From a bacterium (GTDB lineage Bacteria > Patescibacteriota > Minisyncoccia > UBA6257 > GWB1-50-10): a stretch of DNA of 64,000 bases. Position 1 is the first letter of the stretch, and every line of letters starts with the position of its first letter. Positions 26,899 through 36,786 of the stretch are shown here, one piece after another. The DNA is taken from the NCBI GenBank assembly GCA_030647415.1, contig JAUSKB010000026.1:10894-74893 (forward strand), given 5' to 3'. The notes under the pieces were generated by a model. That model ran no database searches. It saw nothing but the letters and a program-made list of their open reading frames with translations, and had not been told where the DNA came from. The translations under genes and the position numbers were made by a program.

Positions 26899-27651
26899 AT
26901 GAAATCATACTGGATTATTACCCTCGTCCTCCTGTTCGGGCTCGGTAGCTGCGTACAAAAGCAGTCCTCGGGGTCAGGTACGGTTGAGAAGGTTGAGGAA
27001 AAGGCGGAGGTCGCTGCAGAAAACGGTGGCATTCCGCTCGATGAGAACCTTCCTGGGGCCGCAATCAGCCTCCAGAAAAACTTCTATGTGATTCTGGACT
27101 GCTCCGGCTCCATGGCTGAAGACGTGTGCGGTGGTGGCGATAAGTCATTCTATGACAAGATGCGCGCCGCACAATGGGCAACCACGGAGTTCGTGGCGAA
27201 GGTCCCCAAGGACGTTAATCTCGGGCTCTGCCTACTCACCGACGGCGACGTCGTGGAGGTGGTGCCGCTTTCGACTGATCGTGCGGCATTCCTCGCTGCC
27301 GTCCAAGCAACGGGGAGTGGTGGCGGTACCCCACTCGGTGAAGCAATCGTCGTTGCGACGAATAAGCTTGCCGAGCGCTACAAGCTCCAGCTCGGGTACG
27401 GCGAGTACCGAATCATCGCGATCACCGACGGCGAAGCGACCGGCATGTCGATTGATCGGGCCGGCGAGTATGCTCGAAAATCCGGCTTCCCGATTTACAC
27501 GATCGGTTTCTGTATGGACGCCGATCATTCGCTCCGGAAATACTCAACGAGCTACCGAACCGCGAACTCCTCCATAGACCTTGCAAAAGGCCTCGAGGAG
27601 ACCCTCGGCGAGGCAGACTCGTTCGACCCCACCACATTCGGTGGGAAATAG
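26899..27651 (+). CDS. Lipoprotein with a von Willebrand factor A (VWA) domain.
   Basis: Lipobox LGSC. MIDAS-like DCSGSM ... TPLG ... ITDGE. Confidence 0.7.
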   Translation: MKSYWIITLVLLFGLGSCVQKQSSGSGTVEKVEEKAEVAAENGGIPLDENLPGAAISLQKNFYVILDCSGSMAEDVCGGGDKSFYDKMRAAQWATTEFVAKVPKDVNLGLCLLTDGDVVEVVPLSTDRAAFLAAVQATGSGGGTPLGEAIVVATNKLAERYKLQLGYGEYRIIAITDGEATGMSIDRAGEYARKSGFPIYTIGFCMDADHSLRKYSTSYRTANSSIDLAKGLEETLGEADSFDPTTFGGK

Positions 27652-27819
27652 AAGTAGTAAGCAGTAAAGAAACAGGCCCCCGGCACCATGCTGGGGGTTT
27701 TTGCTTTCTGATCTTTCTAGGCATGCCTTAAAAGGCAAACGAAATTGACAAAATCACCACTTTCTGCTAGTGTACTCCCAGTATATTCATAACAGAAAAA
27801 CAACCTAAAGGAGTAAGAA

Positions 27820-29385
27820 ATGAAGCAGAAAGCACTAGGGATAGCGCTCTTCATCGTGCTCGTTGGAGGGCTTGTGGTTGGAGTCCTGTGGGTGCTCAAA
27901 CCCACGTTCTTCAAAAACAAACTCACAAAAACGAGCGACGCATCCAACGTATCGGAAACGATACGCATGGGCGGCGACGACTACTACGGGTACTTCTTCC
28001 TGACAGCTCAGGAGACCCGCAGTCAGCTCGCCGCACAGGGGATGCAGGTGAACTACGTGGATGATGGCGGAAACTACGCCGATCGTCTCAAGAAGTTCGC
28101 CGATGATGAGTACGACGCAATTGTGCTCCCCGTAAAGGAGTACCTCCAGCATGGGAAAGCACACGGGTACCCGGGTGTCATTACCATGGGTATTGCAGAA
28201 TCACGGGGTGCAGATGGTCTCACAGTTCTCACCAACCGCGTGCCGTCGGCAACCGTGAAAGCGCTGAATAACCCAAACCTGAAATTCGTCTACACGGACG
28301 CGAGTCCGTCCGAGTTTCTCGTCGACTTCACGGTTGCGGACTTCGGCCTCAACCAACTCCGCGCGAGTTCACACTGGCGGGTGCCGGTGGGTTCCTGCAA
28401 AGAGGTGTTCGAGCGGCTGAAGCGGGGCGAGGGAGACGTGTTCGTCCTCTGGGAACCATACCTGTCCGAAGCCCTGCGTCTGCCGAATGTGCAGTACGTG
28501 TGGGGGTCAGACAAGGCTGCCGGATACATTATCGATGTCGTCGTTTTTCGACGCGACTATGTCGACAAGAAACATGAGCAGGTCCTCAACTTCCTCAAGG
28601 CGTACTTCCGCTCGCTCGACACCTACGAGAGCGACCAGGGACGCCTCATCCAAGAGGTCGAGGAGAACCTGTCGAGCCGCGGGTTCGACAAGAGTATCGC
28701 GCCATCGATCGTCAAAAAAATCGATTGGTTCGATCTCCGCGAGAACCTCGAGCAGCAGTTCGCGATTCCCGCGACACCTGGAGCACCGGCGCGCGACGGC
28801 ATCGTGAACACGATCATCGCATGCAGGAACGCCATGATACGCATGGGGCGCATCCAGAGCGATCCGCTCCCCGAAGGAAACCCGCTGTTTATTATAAACA
28901 GCAGCTTTCTGAAGGAACTGGCATCAACCGGTGTCGCACCTGTCAGCGTGGGAGGATCTCAGATAACTGAATTTCTCCCGCTCACCGATGGGCAGTGGAA
29001 ACAGCTCCAGGAAGTCGGTTCGCTCCGATTGGAGCAAATTACCTTCCAGCGAGGGACAAACTACCTCGACGACTTCGGTAAAACCAAGGTCGACGAGCTG
29101 GCCCAGCTCCTCGCAAACAACTATCCAGGGTACCGAATCCTCGTCCGAGGCCACACGGCTCCGGGCGACGATGAATCTGACAATCTCCGGCTCTCTACAG
29201 AGCGAGCGGAGGTGGTGAAACAGCGGCTCATCGCGGTGCACGCCATTAACGAAAACCGCGTGTATGCGAGCGGCGTAGGGAGCAGCATGCCCCCACCGTC
29301 AGATCCGACTATTCCACCGAGGGAACGAATGATGCGGCTCGCACGAGTCGAGTTCGTCCTCCTCGAAAAAGATTTTCCACTCTAA
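27820..29385 (+). CDS. Membrane-anchored SsuA/NMT1-like binding protein with a C-terminal OmpA-like domain, paralogous in architecture to 25217..26887.
   Basis: N-terminal TM helix. C-terminal ILVRGHTAPGDDESDNLRLSTERAEVVKQRL...RVYASGVG matches OmpA_C. Confidence 0.55.
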   Translation: MKQKALGIALFIVLVGGLVVGVLWVLKPTFFKNKLTKTSDASNVSETIRMGGDDYYGYFFLTAQETRSQLAAQGMQVNYVDDGGNYADRLKKFADDEYDAIVLPVKEYLQHGKAHGYPGVITMGIAESRGADGLTVLTNRVPSATVKALNNPNLKFVYTDASPSEFLVDFTVADFGLNQLRASSHWRVPVGSCKEVFERLKRGEGDVFVLWEPYLSEALRLPNVQYVWGSDKAAGYIIDVVVFRRDYVDKKHEQVLNFLKAYFRSLDTYESDQGRLIQEVEENLSSRGFDKSIAPSIVKKIDWFDLRENLEQQFAIPATPGAPARDGIVNTIIACRNAMIRMGRIQSDPLPEGNPLFIINSSFLKELASTGVAPVSVGGSQITEFLPLTDGQWKQLQEVGSLRLEQITFQRGTNYLDDFGKTKVDELAQLLANNYPGYRILVRGHTAPGDDESDNLRLSTERAEVVKQRLIAVHAINENRVYASGVGSSMPPPSDPTIPPRERMMRLARVEFVLLEKDFPL

Positions 29386-29406
29386 CTAACAAAAAGGAGG
29401 CAGTAC

Positions 29407-30366
29407 ATGAATTCCAAGCGGGGACGCGACGCCCCCTCAGGGAACGTCGCAGCTCCAACACCGGAGGACTTCAAAGGGTCCTCGGTGCAGAGACACGTGC
29501 TGGCCCAAGCGAGCAAGGAGCCACTCACCGTGATTCCCCTCGCTATTGGAACGGTCTGCGTGCTTGCGGGGGTCGTGCTCGTTGCACCAGCAGCTCTCAT
29601 CGCGGGACTTCTTAGTGGAGGGGTGAGTGCCGGATCATTCATCTGGCACTACTTCATCAAAGGAGAGCGTGTCGCCGAAGAGTATGTGCAGGAGCTCCGA
29701 ACACGTCGCGACGAGGCGCAGCGTCAATCAATCCGTGACTTCGCACGAGAGTGCGAGAATGCAGGTTTTGACGAAGGCGCAAAGGAAGCGGGTGAGCTTA
29801 AAGAAGCCTACTACCGTCTCCGCGATTTCCTAATCGGAGATAGCGTGGAAGGGAAAAGTACCGAGAGTGGGCAGTACTACTTTCTGCTCGCGGAGAATAC
29901 CTTCCAACATGGCATCGAACTGCTCCGCCAAGCGATGAACACATTCCGTGCGCTCCAAAAAATGGATACCCATTCGCTTGAGGAAGAGCGTGACACGTGG
30001 GTTGCAGAGCTTGCTAAACTTGAGAAATCAAAGCAGAAAAAAGAGAGTGAACTCACCAACCTGCGGACGAAGATTGAGAGTCACCAAAAGCGGCTCGAGG
30101 TCTTTTCACAGCAGGAAGAGTACATTCAAGAGCTCATGGCACGGTGTGAGGTCTGTGAATCAGCCCTCGATACCTCATATATGCAACTCACCCGACTCAT
30201 CACGAGCACTGGCAAGGTTTCGCTCGCTGAAAAAACTGACGCACTCACCGAACTTGAACGAGCGGTGCAAGCCGCAAAAAAAGTCGAGGAGAAGCTTCGA
30301 TCAACAAGCGGTGCCATGACCAGAGAAGAGGAGGCTGTCTACGAACGGGCAGGACAGAAAAATTAA
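29407..30366 (+). CDS. Membrane-anchored coiled-coil protein (319 aa).
   Basis: RBS aaaaggagg. One TM region, then a long heptad-rich, charged segment. Confidence 0.5.
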   Translation: MNSKRGRDAPSGNVAAPTPEDFKGSSVQRHVLAQASKEPLTVIPLAIGTVCVLAGVVLVAPAALIAGLLSGGVSAGSFIWHYFIKGERVAEEYVQELRTRRDEAQRQSIRDFARECENAGFDEGAKEAGELKEAYYRLRDFLIGDSVEGKSTESGQYYFLLAENTFQHGIELLRQAMNTFRALQKMDTHSLEEERDTWVAELAKLEKSKQKKESELTNLRTKIESHQKRLEVFSQQEEYIQELMARCEVCESALDTSYMQLTRLITSTGKVSLAEKTDALTELERAVQAAKKVEEKLRSTSGAMTREEEAVYERAGQKN

Positions 30367-30394
30367 ACAATCACACTAACAGAAAGGAATAGTA

Positions 30395-31216
30395 ATGGAA
30401 GAGGGAAATATTGGATTCTTTGCGGCACTGTGGAGATTTTTCACGCTCTACAAGCTGCGAAAAACATTGGGGCTCGTGAGGGCTGCCGATCGGCAATTCT
30501 CAGGTTCCGTGGAAGGCATCAGTGACGCATTCGACATCACACACGACGACATGGTAACCCGCTATAAGGGGTTCCGTGACGCTGTGTCGCAGGTCGAGGC
30601 GATTGCCGAACAGAAACGCGCACGGTTTGAAGACCTCAACACCGAAGAAACGGACCTGATCAGGAAACGCGACGGCGCAATTGCGCTAGCAGAGAAGGCA
30701 AAAACCGCAAACGACACCGCAGCATATGACAAGCACGCGAAGGCGTACGAGGCGTTCCAGCTCCGCATTGATGAGATTGAGACAGAACAGGCACAACTCG
30801 AAACCGAGCTCAAGGAACTTGGTGGAACGATGGATAAATATCTCATGCAGCTCTCTGAGATGCAGCGGGAGATACAGCGATTACCGAAACAGAAGGCCGA
30901 GGAGATCGCGAAGTTCATCACCTCCAAGCAGATCATTAGCTTAAACGATCGTTTGCAAAACCTGCAGACGTCGCTTGAGCGTGGACCAATCGATGTTGTA
31001 CTGAAGGCAAATCGGGAATTGAGCGCCAAGGCGCGTATTTCCGAGAAACTCTCTGGGGCAGACGTGAAGCTCCAGGACGCGCAATACGACAAAGAGGGAA
31101 AAACCGCGGCGGCGCGAGGAAAGCTCGATGCAATACTTGCCGCTCGAGCAGCGGAAAAAGACGCAAAGTCCGGTACCAAAAAACCGGAGGAGCGTCCGGA
31201 TCTCGTAAGGCAGTAA
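30395..31216 (+). CDS. Coiled-coil protein, possibly PspA/IM30 family.
   Basis: N-terminal amphipathic GFFAALWRFFTLYKL, then ~220 aa of coiled-coil-like sequence with PspA-like length and composition. The assignment is tentative. Confidence 0.35.
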   Translation: MEEGNIGFFAALWRFFTLYKLRKTLGLVRAADRQFSGSVEGISDAFDITHDDMVTRYKGFRDAVSQVEAIAEQKRARFEDLNTEETDLIRKRDGAIALAEKAKTANDTAAYDKHAKAYEAFQLRIDEIETEQAQLETELKELGGTMDKYLMQLSEMQREIQRLPKQKAEEIAKFITSKQIISLNDRLQNLQTSLERGPIDVVLKANRELSAKARISEKLSGADVKLQDAQYDKEGKTAAARGKLDAILAARAAEKDAKSGTKKPEERPDLVRQ

Positions 31217-31288
31217 CAGTAGTAACACCTGGTGGGCGGAGAAACACTCCCCCACCAGATTCATTTTTCACTTTTAAGGGAGGTTGTA

Positions 31289-32383
31289 ATGAAACGAACA
31301 CTGTCTGTTCTCTGTATCCTCTTTGCGCTCTGTATTGCTGCGTTGCAGCCGGCAAGCGCGAAGGGCGAGAAGAAGAAAACATTCGTCGTGAAGTGGTCAA
31401 TCTACGTGGGATGGATGCCGTGGCCGTACGCGGAGTACAGCGGCATTTTGAAGAAGCACGCTGCAAAGCACGGGATTACCATTCAACTCGAGCAGGCGTC
31501 GTACATCGCCACACTCAATGAATTCACCGCACGAAAGGCGGACGCGGTCGTCGCAACGAACATGGATATCTTGAACATGTCTGCGGCAGCCGGCATCCCC
31601 TGCGTCGCCATGATTGTGGGGGACTACTCCAACGACAACGACCAGGTACTTGGGCGAGGAGTCTCGAACATGCAGGGACTTGCGGGACAAGACGTCCTGA
31701 TGGTTCAGGGAACGGTATCGCAGTACCTTGTTGCTCGTGGGCTCGAGATGAACGGTATGCGAGAGGACCAGATCGTCATTCAAAATACGAATGACGAGAA
31801 CCAGATTCCCAACATATTCCGGGACAACGCGTCTTTGAAGGCCCTCGTCACCTGGAACCCGATGGTGCTTGAAATCCGGCAGATGCCGGGTGTGAAGAAG
31901 CTCTTCGGGTCCGCGCAGATTCCAGGGGAAATCCTTGACCTCATGATTGTGAACAAGGATGTTCTGGACGCAAACCCCGCACTCGGGAAGGCACTCACGG
32001 GCGCATGGTACGAAACCATGGCGCTCATGCAGAAACGAGGAAAAGCATCGGACGACGCCATCATCTACATGGCGGACAAATCGGGCAATCCGAAGGCGTC
32101 TGATGAAACGAAGCTCACCGAATTCCGGTCGCAGCTCGCGACCACCGCGATGTTCTACAACGCTGCGGACGCGGTGGAATTTACCTTGAACTCGAACTTC
32201 AAGGTCGCCATGGACCGGGTGCGAAAATTCAGCTTCAAAAATGGTTTGTTCGGAGAGGGAGTGAAGTCAGTTGATGACGTGGGAATTCAGTTCCCCGACG
32301 GATCTATTTTGGGGAATCCCAAGCGGATTCGTCTGTGGTTCGACACCACGTACATGAAGCTTGCCGCAGAGGGCAAGCTGTAG
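31289..32383 (+). CDS. ABC transporter substrate-binding protein, NitT/TauT (SsuA/NMT1) family.
   Basis: Signal peptide (MKRTLSVLCILFALCIAALQPASA). RBS gggagg. It is the first gene of the SBP-permease-ATPase operon. Confidence 0.7.
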   Translation: MKRTLSVLCILFALCIAALQPASAKGEKKKTFVVKWSIYVGWMPWPYAEYSGILKKHAAKHGITIQLEQASYIATLNEFTARKADAVVATNMDILNMSAAAGIPCVAMIVGDYSNDNDQVLGRGVSNMQGLAGQDVLMVQGTVSQYLVARGLEMNGMREDQIVIQNTNDENQIPNIFRDNASLKALVTWNPMVLEIRQMPGVKKLFGSAQIPGEILDLMIVNKDVLDANPALGKALTGAWYETMALMQKRGKASDDAIIYMADKSGNPKASDETKLTEFRSQLATTAMFYNAADAVEFTLNSNFKVAMDRVRKFSFKNGLFGEGVKSVDDVGIQFPDGSILGNPKRIRLWFDTTYMKLAAEGKL

Positions 32384-32507
32384 GAAGAGTGGGTAGGGTA
32401 GTCATCATCTGAATCGGGGGTTGACAAACCCCCGATTTTTATTTACAATGGAGCCAGCGATATTTACAGTTTAATACTTCAATCACAACACAGAAAGGAA
32501 TTGTCAG

Positions 32508-33395
32508 TTGCAAACAATACTCAAATCTCGTGTGGCGCACTTCGTGCAGCTACTCACAAGCTTCACTTGTAATGTCGCAACCTACCTCTCCCGAATCTTC
32601 GGGATGGACGGGAAAACGACCAGGACGTGGAAGTTGGTGCTATCATGGCTCCCCATCATTCTTCTTGCGGGGTGGTATACAACAACAGCATACCATCGCA
32701 CCGAGGAGAATCCTGATGAGAAGCTCACACCGACGCCAACAAAAGTTTACGAGGCCTTTCAGCGGTATGCGCTCGAGCCAGATAAGGCAGGCGACTACCG
32801 GCTTTGGAAGGATGTTCGAGCGAGTGGCGAACGCTTTCTTTGGGCGCTTCCCTGGCTCTTCCTTGCCGCGCTCGTGGGGCTCCATATGGGGCTCTATCAA
32901 TGGGTGGAGGACCTCTCTTTGAGGAGTCTTACGGTGGTGGATAAAATACCGCCGATCCTGCTCCTCGCACTCATCTTCGTAGTGCTCGGTACGGGCGATA
33001 TAGCAAAAGTGGCAATCATTGTGATTACCGTCTTCCCGACTATTGCGCTCGACACGCAGCTTATCACGAAGAGCTTCCCAAAAGAACTTAGGATAAAGGC
33101 AAAAACGCTTGGGGCGAGCAATGCGGAGATCACCTATCTAGTGGTCTTCAAAAATATCTTTCCCCGGGTGCTCCACGTCTTCCGATCAAGCTTGAAGGCG
33201 ATCTTTCTGGCGCTTCTTGCCGCAGAGGCAGTGGTCTCCGCGGTCGGCATTGGGTACCGGACCTTCTACGTCCAGCGATTCAGTGCTGTGGACGTAATTC
33301 TGGTGTACGTTATCACCGCGACGCTCGCACTTGTCACTATCGATCTTAGTATTCGGTGGTACGTGCGGCTACGCTACAAATGGCTCGACAAATAG
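32508..33395 (+). CDS. ABC transporter permease (NitT/TauT family).
   Basis: Multiple TM helices. TTG start with RBS gaaagga. Followed by the ATPase gene. Confidence 0.7.
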   Translation: MQTILKSRVAHFVQLLTSFTCNVATYLSRIFGMDGKTTRTWKLVLSWLPIILLAGWYTTTAYHRTEENPDEKLTPTPTKVYEAFQRYALEPDKAGDYRLWKDVRASGERFLWALPWLFLAALVGLHMGLYQWVEDLSLRSLTVVDKIPPILLLALIFVVLGTGDIAKVAIIVITVFPTIALDTQLITKSFPKELRIKAKTLGASNAEITYLVVFKNIFPRVLHVFRSSLKAIFLALLAAEAVVSAVGIGYRTFYVQRFSAVDVILVYVITATLALVTIDLSIRWYVRLRYKWLDK

Positions 33396-33410
33396 GAAAG
33401 GAGATAAAGA

Positions 33411-34370
33411 ATGAGCTTCATTGAGCTTACAGACGTCCATCAGGCCTATGGACACAAGCGAGTCCTGAATGACATCGACCTCCGAATCAGGGAGGGGGAA
33501 TTCACAACCATTGTGGGTCCCACCGGCTGCGGGAAATCAACCATGCTCCGACTCATACTCGGAAGTGAGCAGCCAGTTCGTGGCAGTGTCACTATCGAAG
33601 GAACACCGGTCACGGGAATCCATCGTGACCGAGGGATAGTCTTCCAACAGTACGGTTTATTTCCGAACCTGACCGTGCTCGAAAACATCATGTTCGGCCC
33701 TGTCCACGAGCGGCACTCGTTCGTGGGCGGCATCATCGGCAGGGCAATCATAAAGCTCCGCCGAGGAGCTGAGTGTTGGCTCGGAAAACGCGTCGGGAAC
33801 CTTCTCCCGAAGGGACCGCTCTATGCCATTGAGGAGCAGGCCTTGGAGTACCTGAACCGCATCGGCCTCAGCGAGGCTGACGCGGGGAAGTACCCCTTCG
33901 AACTCTCAGGTGGCATGAGGCAACGCGTCGCAATCGCGTCGGCGGCCATCATGAAGCCGAAAGTCTTTCTGATGGACGAACCGTTCGGTGCGCTCGACGC
34001 GGTGACGCGCCAGAAGATGCAGCAGTTCATTTTGGAACTTCACCAGAAGTACCAAATGACCATCTTCTTCGTTACCCACGAACTCCGCGAAGCATTGTTT
34101 CTCGGTACGCGCGTCATCGCGCTCTCGCAGTACTACAAAACGGATAATGGAGGTGAGCCGGGTACGCAGGGGTCCAAGATAATCTCTGATTTTCCACTGC
34201 AAAGAACATCAACACTGGATGAGAAGTACTCTCCGGAGTTGAATGCAATTGAAAAACAGCTTATGGAAGATCTCGACGGATCAAAGAAGAAATACATTGG
34301 TGACTTTCACCTCACCCATCCTGACTCGTTCCGAACAGTGGATGCGGCGGAGTGGAGGAGGACCTCATGA
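33411..34370 (+). CDS. ABC transporter ATP-binding protein.
   Basis: Walker A GPTGCGKST. Signature LSGGMRQRVAIA. Walker B FLMDEPFGALD. Confidence 0.85.
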   Translation: MSFIELTDVHQAYGHKRVLNDIDLRIREGEFTTIVGPTGCGKSTMLRLILGSEQPVRGSVTIEGTPVTGIHRDRGIVFQQYGLFPNLTVLENIMFGPVHERHSFVGGIIGRAIIKLRRGAECWLGKRVGNLLPKGPLYAIEEQALEYLNRIGLSEADAGKYPFELSGGMRQRVAIASAAIMKPKVFLMDEPFGALDAVTRQKMQQFILELHQKYQMTIFFVTHELREALFLGTRVIALSQYYKTDNGGEPGTQGSKIISDFPLQRTSTLDEKYSPELNAIEKQLMEDLDGSKKKYIGDFHLTHPDSFRTVDAAEWRRTS

Positions 34371-36100
34371 ACGCACCTCGGTTTATTGAACAGCTCCACG
34401 AGGCGTACCGGTTCCGGGGAAAGGGCATCGTGCTCTTCACCGGCAATGTGAATGATCTCTTCTGGAGCCCCAATAGTGGTCGCTACCTTTCGCTGGAGCA
34501 AGTACTTCAAAATGAGCTCCAGGAGACTATGACCATCCTGCGGTACGACATAGGCACCGGGGTGGAATTCGTAGGAAACGGCGCGGAAGAGTATGTCGAG
34601 GCGACATACTCATACGCGAACGTGCTCTCTGAAAAAAAGACGAAAACACCAATAGCGGATCTGGTGGTAGATGTCCGCCATAGCCCGCTCCCCAATCTGG
34701 TACTCCTCAAGGACCTCATGCACGCCTTTCGGCGGGCACGAATCATGGAGGAAACCCGAGAAAAGAAGGATAGGCGCGGACATGGAGAAAAACCTCTCTG
34801 CCTCGTTGTTCAGCATACGGGAATGCTGTTTCCTGAAGGAGACGGCTCACGCCTAAGTGACGCGGACCGGGAACGGCTGGCGTTCTTCCTCTCATGGGTG
34901 AATGACCCCGCGTTCGCATCAAGCTCCGAGCTTATCATCCTGGTAAGCTCGGTACGCGCCGAAGTGAATACGAAGGTGACCGCCCTGCCGCATGCGGCGC
35001 ACATCGAGATACAGCTCCCTAACTCCGACGAACGGACGCACTTCACGGAACGATTCCTTGAAAACAACACGGTGTCGTTCGAAAAGTCGAAGGAGCTGTT
35101 CATCGAGAGTGCTGCGGGACTCACCATCACAACGATGCATGAGCTGCTGCGATTCTCCGCATCAAACAAAGGCGAAATCACCAGAGGGCAAGTGGTCGAT
35201 GAGGTAAATCGCCTGCTCCAGGCGAAATTGGGCGACATCATTCGGATCAAGTATCCGACGCATCGGTCAACCGATATCGTCGGGTATGCGAGAACGAAGG
35301 AACTCTTGCAGTATACATTCGAGCGGTGCGAGGATCCGGAAACTGCGGTTTCTGCGGTGCTCGTAGCGGGATCGAACGGAGTCGGCAAGACCTTTCACCT
35401 TGAGGCGTTCGCCGCGGAATCCGGGAGGGTTGTCATCGAACTCGGCAACATCCGTGGGTCGTACTTCAGTGAAACAGATCGGTTCTTCGAGATGTTTCGC
35501 TGGTACGTCTCAACGCTCGGACGCATCTTAATCCTCGTAGATGAGGCGCATACCGCTTTCGGCAGCGTGCACGGGAACGACACCCACGAAACGGAGAAGC
35601 GGCTCGCAGGGAACGTCATCAAGATGATGGGCGACCCATCCCTTTTAGGGAAGGTTGTCTGGGGTCTCATGACCTCACGACCCGACGAGCTCGACCCAGA
35701 CGTGAAGAGCCGAGCGCCGATTCAGATTCCCATCTTTGATTTGGAAGATGCGGAGCGGAAAAGCTACATCCGGGAAATCTTCCTGAAGAAGAAGATGGAA
35801 CTCACGGACGAGGAGCTTGAGACGGTCTTCGCGAAGACGCTCTACTACTCAAACCGCGACTTTCGAAACTTCGTCGCGGAAGTGCTGGCGGAGCGAAAAC
35901 GTCAACAAAAGGAAATACCTATTGTTGACGTGCTTGGCCGATGGCAAGCAAGTCGATCCATTATGTCGAAGCGACACTTCCAGGAGCTCATTGCTGCACT
36001 TCACTGCAGCTACATCGAACTCCTTCCGAAGCGACTGACCGAGATGAAAGAAGGCGAGATCGAGCGCCAGGTAGAAATACTGAAGCACTCGATACTCTAA
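34367..36100 (+). CDS. AAA+ family ATPase with a ~300-aa N-terminal domain of unknown function, translationally coupled to the ABC ATPase (ATGA overlap).
   Basis: Walker A VLVAGSNGVGKT. Walker B ILILVDEAH. RBS ggaggagga. Confidence 0.65.
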   Translation: MNAPRFIEQLHEAYRFRGKGIVLFTGNVNDLFWSPNSGRYLSLEQVLQNELQETMTILRYDIGTGVEFVGNGAEEYVEATYSYANVLSEKKTKTPIADLVVDVRHSPLPNLVLLKDLMHAFRRARIMEETREKKDRRGHGEKPLCLVVQHTGMLFPEGDGSRLSDADRERLAFFLSWVNDPAFASSSELIILVSSVRAEVNTKVTALPHAAHIEIQLPNSDERTHFTERFLENNTVSFEKSKELFIESAAGLTITTMHELLRFSASNKGEITRGQVVDEVNRLLQAKLGDIIRIKYPTHRSTDIVGYARTKELLQYTFERCEDPETAVSAVLVAGSNGVGKTFHLEAFAAESGRVVIELGNIRGSYFSETDRFFEMFRWYVSTLGRILILVDEAHTAFGSVHGNDTHETEKRLAGNVIKMMGDPSLLGKVVWGLMTSRPDELDPDVKSRAPIQIPIFDLEDAERKSYIREIFLKKKMELTDEELETVFAKTLYYSNRDFRNFVAEVLAERKRQQKEIPIVDVLGRWQASRSIMSKRHFQELIAALHCSYIELLPKRLTEMKEGEIERQVEILKHSIL

Positions 36101-36109
36101 TCAATAGGA

Positions 36110-36138
36110 CGCCCCCGACCACATGTCGGGGCGTTTTT
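36110..36138. terminator. Bidirectional terminator cgcccccgac-cacat-gtcggggcg followed by TTTTT.
   Basis: Sits between the convergent gene ends 36100 and 36150. Confidence 0.7.
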
Positions 36139-36149
36139 GCATACAAACC

Positions 36150-36764
36150 CTACTTCTCGTACTCCGCGATGCACTTCCGGATTTCGCGCTCGAGGTAGTC
36201 GGCACGCCAGCGGTCTTTCGCCGGCAAAAGATGCCGGAGGTGTAGGGCGAGCGGGAGGTAGTACTGTTTCGTCTCTTGAATCTGGTCGCGCTGCTTCGTC
36301 TTCGTGCACCCGTAGAGCGTGCGGAGGTTGTGGAGGCGGTCGGCGAGCTTCACGAGAAGTACCTTCGCCGAGGCGTACTCGACAAGCCGCGCGACGTACC
36401 CGGGCTTCGGCTTCTTCGTGAGAAGCTGGAGCCCCACCACCACCTGCTTCCCGAAGTTCAGCTCTATGCGGTACGGCGTGAGGATGTGTGAGTCCTCGAG
36501 CGTGTCGTGGAGGAGAGCCATCACGATGGTCTCCGCATCGTCTACCCGGAGCTCGTTTACGAGTATCCAGGCAACCGACTTCGGGTGCTCGAAGTAGCGG
36601 ACGTGCCCCACCTCGCGCATCTGGTTCATGTGGCCATACTTCGCGAGGATGTAGGCGGTCATAACCTGCTCGAGGCCGCGCGGCGAGAGAATCGGGGTGA
36701 GCTTCCGTAGGAAGGCGTGGCGGCCGACCGGCGCGTATCCCTGTGGCGTTCGTTGTGGAGGCAT
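36150..36764 (-). CDS. HD-domain guanosine polyphosphate pyrophosphohydrolase (small alarmone hydrolase, RelA/SpoT HD-domain homologue).
   Basis: HD motif ETIVMALLHDTLEDS and KLADRLHNLRTL, typical of the RelA/SpoT hydrolase domain. Start taken at the internal Met (MPPQ), so the upstream ~55 aa of the track ORF is probably not translated. Confidence 0.65.
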   Translation of the reverse strand: MPPQRTPQGYAPVGRHAFLRKLTPILSPRGLEQVMTAYILAKYGHMNQMREVGHVRYFEHPKSVAWILVNELRVDDAETIVMALLHDTLEDSHILTPYRIELNFGKQVVVGLQLLTKKPKPGYVARLVEYASAKVLLVKLADRLHNLRTLYGCTKTKQRDQIQETKQYYLPLALHLRHLLPAKDRWRADYLEREIRKCIAEYEK

Positions 36765-36786
36765 GGATTCAGTATAAAGAATGGCG

